Shown: piece by piece, positions 20,284 through 30,253 of the stretch
Layout of the letters: every line of letters begins with the position of its first letter
How positions within the stretch are numbered: the first letter of the stretch is position 1
Origin: Fidelibacterota bacterium
GTDB lineage: Bacteria > Fidelibacterota > UBA2242
Direction of reading: 5' to 3'
DNA length: 64,000 nt
Assembly (NCBI GenBank): GCA_049975265.1
Contig: JBNGDF010000002.1
Coordinates: forward strand, 1 to 64,000
Position numbers and translations under genes: made by a program
Notes under the pieces: generated by a model
Seen by the model: only the letters and a program-made list of their open reading frames with translations
Told to the model about the DNA's origin: nothing
The model's database searches: none

Positions 20284-20442
20284 TACAGGTCCAACTCAAT
20301 GAGCAAATCTAATTAATATACCCACTAACCGGCAATTAATTTTTATCCTGAACATGTTTATTTAAATACGCACATAGCCACCAAGGCTTTTCTGAGCACA
20401 ACATATTATCCACGGAAATAACAATCGCAGAAAGTCAATATT

Positions 20443-20961
20443 TCAAAGGAATTCTACGATCTCCGAAAGGGATTTCCGTTCCTTGGTGTATTCGCTCTGA
20501 TACCCCGCCCAGGGATAGCCCAGCGGCGTGATCGCAAATACAATCTCAGCCTTGTCCAAATCCAGCGCCTCATGCAGAATATTCGGTTCAAAGGCGGCGA
20601 TCCAGCAGCTGCCCACACCCTCATTTGCCGCCGCCAGAATCAGATGATCCATGGCGATCGTCAGATCGGTTTCCAGCGAATTATACCCGTCATAGCGCCG
20701 GGTCCAGGCATCTTCCCGTCTACCGGTCACCACCAGCACCACCGGCGCCGCCCGAAACCAATCCCGGTCGTAACAGGCGTGCACTTTTTCCAGATTCTCC
20801 TTCGAGCGGACCACTAAAAACTTCCATGGCTGGCGATTGCCGGCTGAGGGCGCCAGCCGACCGGCTTCCAGTATCCGGCTTAGCACCTCGTCCGGAATCG
20901 GCTTTGTCGGATCGTATTCGCGGACACTTGCCCGTTTTCGAATAAGGTCTTGGAATTCCAT
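20443..20961 (-). CDS. Nitroreductase family protein
   Basis: MEFQDLIRKRASVR, APSAGNRQPW, GVGSCWI. Start set at 20961 after a GGAGG RBS; the ORF track over-extends it. Confidence 0.9.
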   Translation of the reverse strand: MEFQDLIRKRASVREYDPTKPIPDEVLSRILEAGRLAPSAGNRQPWKFLVVRSKENLEKVHACYDRDWFRAAPVVLVVTGRREDAWTRRYDGYNSLETDLTIAMDHLILAAANEGVGSCWIAAFEPNILHEALDLDKAEIVFAITPLGYPWAGYQSEYTKERKSLSEIVEFL

Positions 20962-20978
20962 GGACACCCTCCTTTCTT

Positions 20979-21878
20979 TTAATGTATAAAATAAAACGCA
21001 ACACCGGCAACGGCAATCACGGCTCCAATGACCTCCTTGGCGGTGACTTTTTCCTTGAAAAATATGATCGCCGGCGGGATAATCAGAATCGGCACGATCG
21101 CCATAATGGTGGAAGCAATCCCCGCCAGAGTGTACTGAACGGCGATTAACGACATGGAGACCCCTAGAAAGGGTCCGAAAAATGAACCGACCGTAATGCG
21201 CCGCATCGCCAAACGGTTTTTCAGTGCCGAAAAAACCTTTTGCCAGCGTTTCATCAGAAAAAACAGCAGCGTAAAACCGAAAATACCGGCGATGACCCGA
21301 ATCTGGGTCGCCGCAAAGGCGTTGTAGTCGCCCATCCCGTGTTTGCTGAAAACCAATCCCACTGCCTGACCGACAGCGCCTCCAAAGGCAAACAACAGCC
21401 CGGAAAGGGGATGTTTGAATGTTTTTACACCGTTTTGAACATTTCTCTCCAGCACAACCAGCGAAATTCCACAAATCGTTACGAACATTGCACCGATTTC
21501 CGGCAGTGTCAATACCTCGCCAAGAAACAGAAATCCGATTAGTGCCGTCACCGGTGGAACCAGCGACATAATCAGCATGGAGATGCGCGCGCCCGCCACC
21601 ACAAAGGCTTGAAAAAGCAGCAGATCGCCAATCGTAAAACCGACAATCCCGGAAACCGACAACCAGACCCAATTGTGAATATCGGCGTCCACCGGCAGCA
21701 GATAGCCCCGCGTACTCCAGGTGAACAGACACAGGAACAGCAGCCCGATATACAGACGAATATAGTTCACCGCCAGCGAACCGACCTTTTTTCCAGCCGA
21801 CTCAAATGACAGCGACGTTACCGTCCAGCAGACCGCCGTCGCCAGCGCTGCCAGCTCACCCAGATTAGACCTTAGCAT
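20979..21878 (-). CDS. EamA/DMT family transporter
   Basis: Two EamA repeats, about 10 TM helices; GELAAL.TA.CW, SGIVGFTIGD. Confidence 0.9.
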   Translation of the reverse strand: MLRSNLGELAALATAVCWTVTSLSFESAGKKVGSLAVNYIRLYIGLLFLCLFTWSTRGYLLPVDADIHNWVWLSVSGIVGFTIGDLLLFQAFVVAGARISMLIMSLVPPVTALIGFLFLGEVLTLPEIGAMFVTICGISLVVLERNVQNGVKTFKHPLSGLLFAFGGAVGQAVGLVFSKHGMGDYNAFAATQIRVIAGIFGFTLLFFLMKRWQKVFSALKNRLAMRRITVGSFFGPFLGVSMSLIAVQYTLAGIASTIMAIVPILIIPPAIIFFKEKVTAKEVIGAVIAVAGVAFYFIH

Positions 21879-21918
21879 TGAAATCTCATATCTAAAAAAA
21901 CTTACTAACCGCGCAAAT

Positions 21919-22668
21919 TTAGGAATCCACCGGTTTGAATTCAAATTTTCCCTGAATCGCCAGCTGATCATCGACAATAATACAAACCGCCAGAATCGAC
22001 GGGATCGCCCGAATATCCGCCAGCACTCTCCCGATATCCCCGGCTGTCCGTACCCTGTTACCAAAAGCCGTTGCAAAGGCATCTGCCAGGGCTGCATCCC
22101 GACAGGCGATGGTCACCGCATCCGCCAGCCCATAACTGAATGAATGCCCTACTTTCCCCGATGATGTGCAGACCCCCAGCGGCGCGATGTCCGGCGTGAT
22201 TCTCAGGGCGATTTTATTGGAGAGTGGGGAGTTGCCGGCAAATATGCTGACGTACGTATCTTGCGCAATGTCCAGGTAAATATCACCGCCGTTTTCAACA
22301 ATCAACTCCTCAACCGAAAACTCCGCCTTTATTCTCCTTCCGACCTCTTCAGCGAAGCCCCCCGCCACCGCCGCCAGCGGTCCCACCCGGGCGCTTTGGG
22401 CGGCGTTCAGCATTTTGCGCACCACTGCCGGCGCCTGTGGATCGAATGTAACCGGTTTATGACTTTTGATAAATTCAGGAAACGTCCGGGCGTACCCTTC
22501 TACCTCATTTCTCAAAATAATGATAGATTCCCGCGCAAAGGCGGCGAGTCTTTTTTCCGAAATTGCCGGATTGGAGGCAATCCATAAATCGGTTTCCAGA
22601 TAATCGACATTAATATATCGAAACCGGTTATCGTCAGGTATAATTCGATATGTACGTGGTTCGTACAT
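21919..22668 (-). CDS. UPF0280 (COG2122, ApbE-like) protein
   Basis: MYEPRTYR, VGPLAAVAG, VENGGDI, GVCTSSGKVGHSFSYG.ADA, ADAFATA. Confidence 0.9.
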   Translation of the reverse strand: MYEPRTYRIIPDDNRFRYINVDYLETDLWIASNPAISEKRLAAFARESIIILRNEVEGYARTFPEFIKSHKPVTFDPQAPAVVRKMLNAAQSARVGPLAAVAGGFAEEVGRRIKAEFSVEELIVENGGDIYLDIAQDTYVSIFAGNSPLSNKIALRITPDIAPLGVCTSSGKVGHSFSYGLADAVTIACRDAALADAFATAFGNRVRTAGDIGRVLADIRAIPSILAVCIIVDDQLAIQGKFEFKPVDS

Positions 22669-22709
22669 TCTGCCCCGTTCTGTTAAAAATTAGGGATTCA
22701 ATTATCCGG

Positions 22710-23861
22710 TCAGATGTTGATTGTGAGCGACTGGATCGATGATTTCTGCGGTAGCGGCTGCACCATCGTGCTCAGCAAAAACTCGCCGGCTTTGATCTGT
22801 GCCTTCAATATTTCGGCGATTTCCCGCGCCCGGCTCAGATTCGTCATGGCACCGGTTTTTGCGACTTTGCCCCGGATTTTGACAGATCCCGACAGCAGCT
22901 CCGCATAACTCACGCGTCCGATTTCCGGTTTCTCCGCCTGATTGTAGTCGCGGATAATGGTCTCAATCCGGCGGTTATTGACCGATACGCGCCGGGCGAT
23001 ATCTACGTCCAGAACGGGAATGGGAATCCCGATACCGACAAACAGACTGGTACCATATCCCCGAAGGAAAATGCCTTTCACAAAACGGCGGTTCATCTGT
23101 TTGCAGTCACCGATCACCGCCAGGGTAGCATCGTTTTGCAGCGGAACACCAGACTCGTTCAGCTGTCCACCTCTGCGGAACTGGGTACCGTTCCAGGCGA
23201 CATATCCCTGTGCACCGCAGAGAAATATCCGGGTGCCGATGCCGATGGTGCGCAGTTCTGGATCGTTCAGCAACGGACTCAATTCACCTGCGGTTGAATA
23301 GTTGATATTGGCGCAATGCGGACGGAGAGTACCCATGTAGGTGTAAATCGTCTTTTCACCGGAATTTGTCGCCGCCGGGTAATTCTGATAGGCATTGCGG
23401 GGATTGAACATAAAGATTTCGTTGACACTGTCCCGATGGATAAAGGTATCGATTTCTCTCCGCGGATAGCAATCGGTGCCGCCGCTGAACGCTCTGAGCC
23501 GAACCTCTTTACCGGCAATCAGCTCTTCAATGACGTGTCCGCCGCCGTATTTCGGGCGACTCTCTGACAATTGGGTCGCCCCCAGATAGGCATCCACAGC
23601 AGCGATTCCCGCATAGGCTGCGACATCATTCAGATAGATTTTCTGCATCCGGATCGGCGGATTCGGGTGTCCGAAATTGATAAAAACTCCGGATGAACAC
23701 ATCGGACCGAAAGTGCCGGTCGTAACAACATCGACTTTCCGAACTATGTCATCGGGTGAACACTCTTCTGCCAGGCGGCTGACCTCTTCGGCAGTCAGAA
23801 CTACCGCCTGACCGTTTTTTATTTTCTCATTGATTTCATCTATACTTTTTGTCTGTGTCAT
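22710..23861 (-). CDS. Homocysteine biosynthesis protein (DUF39; aspartate-semialdehyde sulfurtransferase, MA1821-like), no CBS domains
   Basis: KSIDEINEKI..AVVLTAEE, VDVVTTGTFGPMCSSG, GTDCYPR, NPRNAYQNY, GELSPLLNDP.LRTIGIGTRIFL. Confidence 0.9.
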   Translation of the reverse strand: MTQTKSIDEINEKIKNGQAVVLTAEEVSRLAEECSPDDIVRKVDVVTTGTFGPMCSSGVFINFGHPNPPIRMQKIYLNDVAAYAGIAAVDAYLGATQLSESRPKYGGGHVIEELIAGKEVRLRAFSGGTDCYPRREIDTFIHRDSVNEIFMFNPRNAYQNYPAATNSGEKTIYTYMGTLRPHCANINYSTAGELSPLLNDPELRTIGIGTRIFLCGAQGYVAWNGTQFRRGGQLNESGVPLQNDATLAVIGDCKQMNRRFVKGIFLRGYGTSLFVGIGIPIPVLDVDIARRVSVNNRRIETIIRDYNQAEKPEIGRVSYAELLSGSVKIRGKVAKTGAMTNLSRAREIAEILKAQIKAGEFLLSTMVQPLPQKSSIQSLTINI

Positions 23862-25275
23862 CTTGTCCCTCAGAATTATTGAAAAATTCAGCATGAATTG
23901 CCCGGACCGCTTCATTGCGATCGCTTCGCCTCACAATGAAATAGGCTGCCACCGGCGAAGCACCCACGGAGATGATTTCCATGTTAATGCCCCGCTTCGA
24001 GACAGCCCCAAACATTCGAACGGCAATCCCGTGCTTTTCCAATAATCCCTCACCCACTGCGGCAATGACCGACAAATCACTCTCGGTAACTACGTTTTTT
24101 ACGGCAGTCAATTTCAATCCCAGAACAGCCTGATGCGCCGGTTCGAGGTCTTTCAGTCCCAAAAGGAAATTGATCGACGTTTGCGATGTGATGACCGATT
24201 TAATATTAATCCCTTTGTGATCCATCTCCCCGGTGACTTTGGCAAGAATACCCGGCTTGTTTCCTACGCCCGGTCCCTCCAGTTTCAGAATACAGAAGTC
24301 ATCACTGTAGCTGACGCTTTTGATGACATCCTCTTTGCGGGTTCCGTTGACGCTGATAGTTGTGTAAGGCGTCGCAGTAGACTCGACATTGGCAATATTG
24401 AAAATCCGGATGGGAATTCCCTGCACCATCAGCGGTTCCACCGTCCGCGGATGCAATATTTTGGCGCCGAAATAAGCCAGCTCGGCGGCTTCGGTATAGG
24501 TCAGCTGATGAATCCCGTGGGTGTTGGCAACCAGCTTCGGATCAGCGGTCCGGAACCCGTCAACGTCTTTCCAGATATCCAGGGATTCGGCACCGATACA
24601 GGCAGCGATCGATGCTGCCGTATAATCGCTCCCCCCCCTGCCGAAAAGCGTAACCCTGCCCTCCCTGGAAATTCCGTAAAAGCCCGGTACGACGGCGGTC
24701 TTATCGCCGGCAAAGCGCCGTGCTACCGCCTCCCTGCTGGCATCGAAATCCACTTCGGCATTACCGAATTCACCATCGGTTATCAGTCGCATCTCTTCGG
24801 GAGTTACCTCTTCGCAGGCAATCCCCCGATCCCGCAGCAGGGCGCTCATAATGGCGGCGCTCAACCGCTCACCGAAACTCATCACAATATCCGAGACAAA
24901 GGGCGGAATCTCTCCGATATAATTCACGCCTTTCAGATAGCGTTTCAACGCCCTGATTCTTTCATCCAGCAGCGCCCGGGTCTGCTCCTGAATATTGCGG
25001 TCCCGGATCAGCATAAAAATGGTATCCCGCTTGCGACTGATCAATTTATCCAGATTGGTTCCAATCGTAGCGTGATCGTGCTGCGCCTTAAAGAGCATCT
25101 CCTCCAGCATGTCGGTAATGCCGTAAAAAGCGGAGACCACCACGACCAGTGGTCGCCGGTAATTCCGTATCACCGTCAGGACGTTCTCGATATCCTGCTG
25201 ACTGCGGAGATTCGAACCCCCGAATTTGACAACAATCTTTGGCATTTTTCCTTTACCCGCTTCCTTCTTTTTCAT
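23836..25275 (-). CDS. lysC: Aspartate kinase
   Basis: VVKFGGS, VVVSA, SFGERLS, GRGGSDYTA, DVDGF.TADP, EAAELAYFGAKILHP, two ACT domains. Confidence 0.9.
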   Translation of the reverse strand: MKKKEAGKGKMPKIVVKFGGSNLRSQQDIENVLTVIRNYRRPLVVVVSAFYGITDMLEEMLFKAQHDHATIGTNLDKLISRKRDTIFMLIRDRNIQEQTRALLDERIRALKRYLKGVNYIGEIPPFVSDIVMSFGERLSAAIMSALLRDRGIACEEVTPEEMRLITDGEFGNAEVDFDASREAVARRFAGDKTAVVPGFYGISREGRVTLFGRGGSDYTAASIAACIGAESLDIWKDVDGFRTADPKLVANTHGIHQLTYTEAAELAYFGAKILHPRTVEPLMVQGIPIRIFNIANVESTATPYTTISVNGTRKEDVIKSVSYSDDFCILKLEGPGVGNKPGILAKVTGEMDHKGINIKSVITSQTSINFLLGLKDLEPAHQAVLGLKLTAVKNVVTESDLSVIAAVGEGLLEKHGIAVRMFGAVSKRGINMEIISVGASPVAAYFIVRRSDRNEAVRAIHAEFFNNSEGQDDTDKKYR

Positions 25276-25424
25276 TTTCGCCAGGCATTTCTTTATTTTT
25301 AATAAACCGACAAATCATACATCATCGCTCTGTCTTCACAGGAGTTGAAAATTAACATAATCCGGGTTTTATTAAAAGCAGTTTCCGGGTCTGTTTTCTG
25401 TCACCAGGTGAGGCTTCACCGAAG

Positions 25425-25453
25425 AAAAAATATGCGCTGCGCCTCAGCAGCGC
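25425..25453 (-). terminator. Possible intrinsic terminator
   Basis: Minus strand GCGCTGC-TGAGGC-GCAGCGC followed by ATATTTTTT. Confidence 0.4.
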
Positions 25454-25487
25454 CCGCACCTTTCATGTTCGGTGACAGGCTGCGCCG

Positions 25488-26756
25488 CTAAAATTTCATG
25501 TAAATGCCGAAAATATAGGGCTGGAAATGAATGCCAAAACGCAGCCAGTCGCTGAAAGCGTAGATAAATCCCACGTCAAAGTGAAAAGGCGATACCCAGT
25601 GTTTTTCCGATTTTTTGGTCGTAAGATTGCCCTCGAAAATCCCGAATATGCCGTCCGCCCGGTTCCACCATTCCACATAGTAGGGATCGTAGTAAACTTC
25701 ATAATTCAGTATCAGGTTTCGGCGGATATCAATGCCGCCGGCATAATAGTACTTCATCAGCGGTGCTTCCCGCTCCGGATGTTTACCGACAATCACCCCC
25801 AGAGTGTGCGCGATTCTGCCGGTGTCGTTCTTCCGGGTTTTGGAAAATGTATAGGCGGCAAACAGTTCATAATAGGGAGCATAATCCGGCTCCTCCACAC
25901 TTACCCAGTCGTATTCAATCTCGTTATATTTGGTATTAAAGTGCTGCTCATTGTCTTCCAGCTCGACCCGGGAGCCGATTTTATAGTACCCGCCGAAATA
26001 GACCGGTGTGGAACCGCCGGTGGCAACCCATTTGTAATTACTGTCCGGATTAAACAACCCGTTTTCAAATTCATATTCCGCCTCAAGCCACTCAAACTTA
26101 TCGGGATTGAGACGGGTGTGAATATGCCCGCCAACGGAAAAGGTATGTTCTTTCTCAAAGGTCCCCAGGCGAAACAGCTGCAGTTTCGGGCGAACATTGA
26201 AATTGCCGATAAAATAACCCGCCCACTTCGAAGTAACCTGAAACTTATCGGTAATCCCGAATCCCCAGGAAAGCCCGCTGAGGTAGAGAATCCCCTTATC
26301 CAGCGTATAACCGGTGGGGTCGTAAAAAACGTCAATCTGGCGTTCATTGCTCAGGGTAAATTTATCCGAAAGCGGGGCAATGCGATGTCCCTTGTCCTGA
26401 AGTCCATAGTCGATATTGGCGATATCGGCGTTATCTATCCGCAGCAGACCGTAATCGGTCAGGATTTCGGTCTCTTTTTCACTTTTAAGGAGAATCCGAC
26501 CTTTGACCTTATCGCCGGAAATCAATTCGATGGAGACCACCTCCTCCAGAATGTTGTCGGGACTGACGGAAATATCGCCGTAGCGGGTACGGATAAGAAT
26601 CTCACCGGTCTGCGGGTCTGTGCCAAGGACGGAGCCGGTGATTTGATCACCGTTTTTAAGATAAATTGTCCGCTCGTCAGCCGGCAGAGCGGCGACCAGC
26701 AGAATCAGATTAAATCCAATCAAAAAAGGTATAACGAGAGCAGGGATTCTTTTCAT
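25488..26756 (-). CDS. Exported hypothetical protein: two small repeated beta-domains plus a probable beta-barrel
   Basis: Signal peptide MKRIPAL..; TIYLKNGDQITG / SIELISGDKVKG repeats; ends FGIYMKF. Confidence 0.7.
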   Translation of the reverse strand: MKRIPALVIPFLIGFNLILLVAALPADERTIYLKNGDQITGSVLGTDPQTGEILIRTRYGDISVSPDNILEEVVSIELISGDKVKGRILLKSEKETEILTDYGLLRIDNADIANIDYGLQDKGHRIAPLSDKFTLSNERQIDVFYDPTGYTLDKGILYLSGLSWGFGITDKFQVTSKWAGYFIGNFNVRPKLQLFRLGTFEKEHTFSVGGHIHTRLNPDKFEWLEAEYEFENGLFNPDSNYKWVATGGSTPVYFGGYYKIGSRVELEDNEQHFNTKYNEIEYDWVSVEEPDYAPYYELFAAYTFSKTRKNDTGRIAHTLGVIVGKHPEREAPLMKYYYAGGIDIRRNLILNYEVYYDPYYVEWWNRADGIFGIFEGNLTTKKSEKHWVSPFHFDVGFIYAFSDWLRFGIHFQPYIFGIYMKF

Positions 26757-26784
26757 GGCGGGCTCCACTATTATGTTTGTTAAT

Positions 26785-28542
26785 TTATAGATTAATGAAG
26801 GTCCAGTCAACACCGAAAATTTTCAGGCGGTTGCGGTAGGGCATTCCGGGTAAAGCGGAAAAGGCACGACCTTCAATATTGTAAATCGTGTAAAAAATGT
26901 GGAACGGACCGATCCTGGCACCGATAATGCCATTGACCGTCAGGCGTTCATTGGTATAATAATTCACGTTGCCCACGGCTTGAGTCTGCAACTGCTCAAA
27001 CCAGATCCATCTGTCCGGTCCCTTCAGATAATGCATTTCTCCGGAGATATAGAGATGCAGATTATCCCTGAACAACCACTGCTCTTTTGTCAGCCTCGTC
27101 CATCCCTGAAAAAGGAGCCGCTCATCACCAATGTATCGGGGCGTGAGGACAATACGCCCCTTCAGTCGGATTTGCCAGGGCAGGTTAAAATCAAATGCCT
27201 CTGTCAGATAGACATCATTGAGTGTCTCTTTTTGCAGAGTGTAGTGCATTGACTCAATTGTTTCTTTAAACGGAGCTGAAAATTCCGCTTTGGTATAATC
27301 CAAACGCGAATCGAAATGGCTTCTACCAAAATTCATCCGGAGTCCGAGAGTCTGACGAAGTGCCGAAAAACCGTCGTCCGGCGGATTGGCGCCCGACTTT
27401 CCCGCCAGGTCGGTGAAATAGATCAGAGGATAGCAAAAATAATCCGTGGCTGACCGGGAGTAGAGATTCAGCCTGCCCCGGAGATTGCGGAATTCTGCAG
27501 TTATATCAGCCGTCAGATTCGAATTGACCGAGCCGAATGCGGCGGAGACATCCAATCGGCGCCCCTCTTTTCCATACCGGATGGATTGTCTGAAGTGTGA
27601 CCGTGTCCGGGAATCACCATGACGGACAGAAACCGACTCAAGAACCGGTTCAATATCAATGCGCAGGCTTCCGCTCCAAATATTAAAATCGCCGCGAAAC
27701 ATTCCTGAATACTGATAGGCTTCGGCGTTGAAGGCATACGCCGTCGTATCGTGATGAACATTGTACAGGAAGTTGGTCAGCTGCCCTCCGATTTTCAGAA
27801 ATCCCCGACTGGTAGCCCTTTCTCCGTTCATGTAGATACTCGCGCGGTACTGTTTCAGACGCCCGGCGTGGTTCCAGTTCAAAACCGTCTCAGCACCTGC
27901 TTTGCCCAGAGCAGAAACGGCGGTCATGCCGGGAAAAAACTTCTGATAGCTGCAACCCAGCCCGGTGTCCCAGGGATCGCCGATCTTATTTATATCTAAA
28001 AAATAATTTTGAACAACGCTTTCCTTTAATTTGGCATAATTCGGTCCCAGCAGTCCGTCGGCACCGTCATATCCCAGATTTTCGCCGAACAGACGCCACT
28101 GAATATTCTCAGCAATATCACCGGCAACAATGGCGGCGAAATTCAGGAAACCGTAGTCACCGCGGTAGTAATCAAAGCGGGAGAGATTAAACCCGGAGTC
28201 GGCAAATACCGGCGTCAAATGCATCTGATAGTTCAACGGATCGATCCTCACCCTCTGGTGGCGGGGATTGAGCCAGGCGATTGGAACCGTTCCGAACAAC
28301 GGATCGGTAATTTCAATATTTTGATATTCCACCGGGAATGTGTACCCCGGTAAACCAAAACAGCTCCGGGCAGCATTGATTCCCCAATCGTCGACGGGCG
28401 CAATCAATATGCCGGTTTCTGCCAACAACATTTCGGCGGCATTGCAGGGCTGAAAGGCTGTGGAATCGAATGACAGTGCCCGGATGGCGGCATTGAATGC
28501 CAACATCATCAGGAGAATCCGGAGCAGCGGTCTAGGCGGCAT
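26785..28542 (-). CDS. Putative outer-membrane porin-like protein
   Basis: Signal peptide, beta-rich, C-terminal FGVDWTF. Confidence 0.6.
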   Translation of the reverse strand: MPPRPLLRILLMMLAFNAAIRALSFDSTAFQPCNAAEMLLAETGILIAPVDDWGINAARSCFGLPGYTFPVEYQNIEITDPLFGTVPIAWLNPRHQRVRIDPLNYQMHLTPVFADSGFNLSRFDYYRGDYGFLNFAAIVAGDIAENIQWRLFGENLGYDGADGLLGPNYAKLKESVVQNYFLDINKIGDPWDTGLGCSYQKFFPGMTAVSALGKAGAETVLNWNHAGRLKQYRASIYMNGERATSRGFLKIGGQLTNFLYNVHHDTTAYAFNAEAYQYSGMFRGDFNIWSGSLRIDIEPVLESVSVRHGDSRTRSHFRQSIRYGKEGRRLDVSAAFGSVNSNLTADITAEFRNLRGRLNLYSRSATDYFCYPLIYFTDLAGKSGANPPDDGFSALRQTLGLRMNFGRSHFDSRLDYTKAEFSAPFKETIESMHYTLQKETLNDVYLTEAFDFNLPWQIRLKGRIVLTPRYIGDERLLFQGWTRLTKEQWLFRDNLHLYISGEMHYLKGPDRWIWFEQLQTQAVGNVNYYTNERLTVNGIIGARIGPFHIFYTIYNIEGRAFSALPGMPYRNRLKIFGVDWTFINL

Positions 28543-29149
28543 TCGATCTTTCCGGTTTTGGCATTACAGGAAAAAAATCGGCGAAAAAAGGAATCGCCTG
28601 ATACAATTTCTGCGTGAGCACAGGCACCAGCAGAATAAACACCAGCGTATTGCTGATCAGATGAATGCCGCTGAAAGCCAGCCCGGCGATAATCGTAACA
28701 ATGATTTCGCGCAGCGTAAATCCAGCCGAAACCGGAAAAGCCGCCGATGTCAGGATATCATAGAAAAGGGTCAGAAACAGACCTGTTCCCCCCAGAATCA
28801 CTACCGTTCGTAAACCTGGTTGAGCATTCAGAACAGGACGGCGCAGGAGAGCACCAGAAAAAGCAACCACCCCCATGGCAACCAGCTGCGCCAGCAGCAG
28901 CGGCGGAAACAGCAAACCGGACCCCATGGGATTCAGCGCAGAAAACAGGAGTTCACCTAGTACACCGATCAAAATACCGTATTTATAGCTCATCAGGACC
29001 CCGGCGCTGAAGATCAGAGCGGTGAGTAATTCGACATTCGGTACAAGTGCCAAAGCATATCCGGCTCCCAGCAATACGGCAATAAATATACCGCAAAAGG
29101 CGACGATTCGGGTTGTCTGATAATCTGTATTTTCGAATTTTTTCGGCAT
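28532..29149 (-). CDS. ECF transporter S component (CbrT-like)
   Basis: About 6 TM helices; LVPNVELLTALIF, HLISNTL. Start set at MPKKF. Confidence 0.75.
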   Translation of the reverse strand: MPKKFENTDYQTTRIVAFCGIFIAVLLGAGYALALVPNVELLTALIFSAGVLMSYKYGILIGVLGELLFSALNPMGSGLLFPPLLLAQLVAMGVVAFSGALLRRPVLNAQPGLRTVVILGGTGLFLTLFYDILTSAAFPVSAGFTLREIIVTIIAGLAFSGIHLISNTLVFILLVPVLTQKLYQAIPFFADFFPVMPKPERSNAA

Positions 29150-29231
29150 CGGCTCACAACATTCCATTTTTATGAACAGGATTTTCCGGAATTCCGGCAC
29201 GGCTGTTCCGGAGATTCTTCGAATTGGTGAA

Positions 29232-30194
29232 TTACTCCAAACGATCACCTTTGTAAAGCGCCCGATGGAAATAGTTGTTTTTATTGGTCCAATTTCCTTC
29301 TGTGGTATCGGTTTCGATTTCCCGCTTCATCTGATTTATCCGGGTATCGATTTCATCAATATAGTAGACCAGCAGGGCTTCCGGGAAAAGCGGCTCTCGG
29401 GGCGATTGCCATTCCAGTTTGCCCTGATGGGCAAGAATGATATGCTCCATTTTCAACTGCAGGATTTCGGGGAAATCTTCAATTTTGGCGATCGCCTCCC
29501 GCAGCATATCCCTGCCCAGCACCACATGCCCGATAAAATTACCACAGTCGGTATAGCTGGTGGACAGTCCCGGCTCCAGTTCCTGCAATTTGCCGATATC
29601 GTGCAGCAGAACACCGCTGATGACTAAATCCCGATCCAGATCGCTGTAATTCCCGCAGATCCCCTCAGCCATTTTCAGCATGGAATGGGTGTGTTCCAGA
29701 AGACCGCCCCGGAAGGCATGGTGCAGAATCATGGAAGCCGGATGAAACTTAAGCGCCTCTTCATGCTCCCGGTAAATGGCTTGTGTCAGTCGTTTCAGAT
29801 AGGGGTTTTCAAGCGTTTCGATGCTCTCCAGTACTTCTCTCCACATCTGCTGAATATCCTTGTCGGTAGTGGGAATCAGATTCGTAAGATCAAAGCCATA
29901 CGCCCGGTCCTGTTCGGGAATCACCCGCCGGATGTCGTCGATTTTCAACTGCAGCTCGTTATTGAACGAGGTGACCGAGGCTTTTACTGCAACGGCGTCA
30001 CCCTTTTCGAACCTGGGCGCAAAGATTTCCACATTGTCCCAGATTTTGGCGTTGACGGTACCCGACCGGTCCATCAGAGTCAGGTCGAGATACTCCTTGT
30101 CGGCTTTGGTTTTGCGTATATCTTTCGAAAACACTACAAAGAAGCTGGAAATCGTCTCGTTTTCCTGAAAATCACGGATAAATTTTCGCTCCAT
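29232..30194 (-). CDS. yhaM: 3'-5' exoribonuclease YhaM/Cbf1 family (OB + HD)
   Basis: YLDLTLMDRSG.VNAKIW OB fold; HHAFRGGLLEH, LLHDIGK, HIILAHQG. Confidence 0.88.
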   Translation of the reverse strand: MERKFIRDFQENETISSFFVVFSKDIRKTKADKEYLDLTLMDRSGTVNAKIWDNVEIFAPRFEKGDAVAVKASVTSFNNELQLKIDDIRRVIPEQDRAYGFDLTNLIPTTDKDIQQMWREVLESIETLENPYLKRLTQAIYREHEEALKFHPASMILHHAFRGGLLEHTHSMLKMAEGICGNYSDLDRDLVISGVLLHDIGKLQELEPGLSTSYTDCGNFIGHVVLGRDMLREAIAKIEDFPEILQLKMEHIILAHQGKLEWQSPREPLFPEALLVYYIDEIDTRINQMKREIETDTTEGNWTNKNNYFHRALYKGDRLE

Positions 30195-30253
30195 GTGTCC
30201 CTCGTTATTTACCATCGAAGTATAGGCAAATTTCGGAAAATTATCTATTGTTT

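Noticed and set aside
20962..21732. 257-aa N-terminal extension of the nitroreductase ORF
   Set aside because: Overlaps the EamA gene in another frame; the sequence is not protein-like and an RBS precedes the MEFQ start.
24133..25302. 389-aa plus-strand ORF
   Set aside because: Antisense to the well-supported aspartate kinase; typical codon-bias shadow.
25527..26783. 418-aa plus-strand ORF
   Set aside because: Antisense shadow of the minus-strand exported protein; no recognisable motifs.
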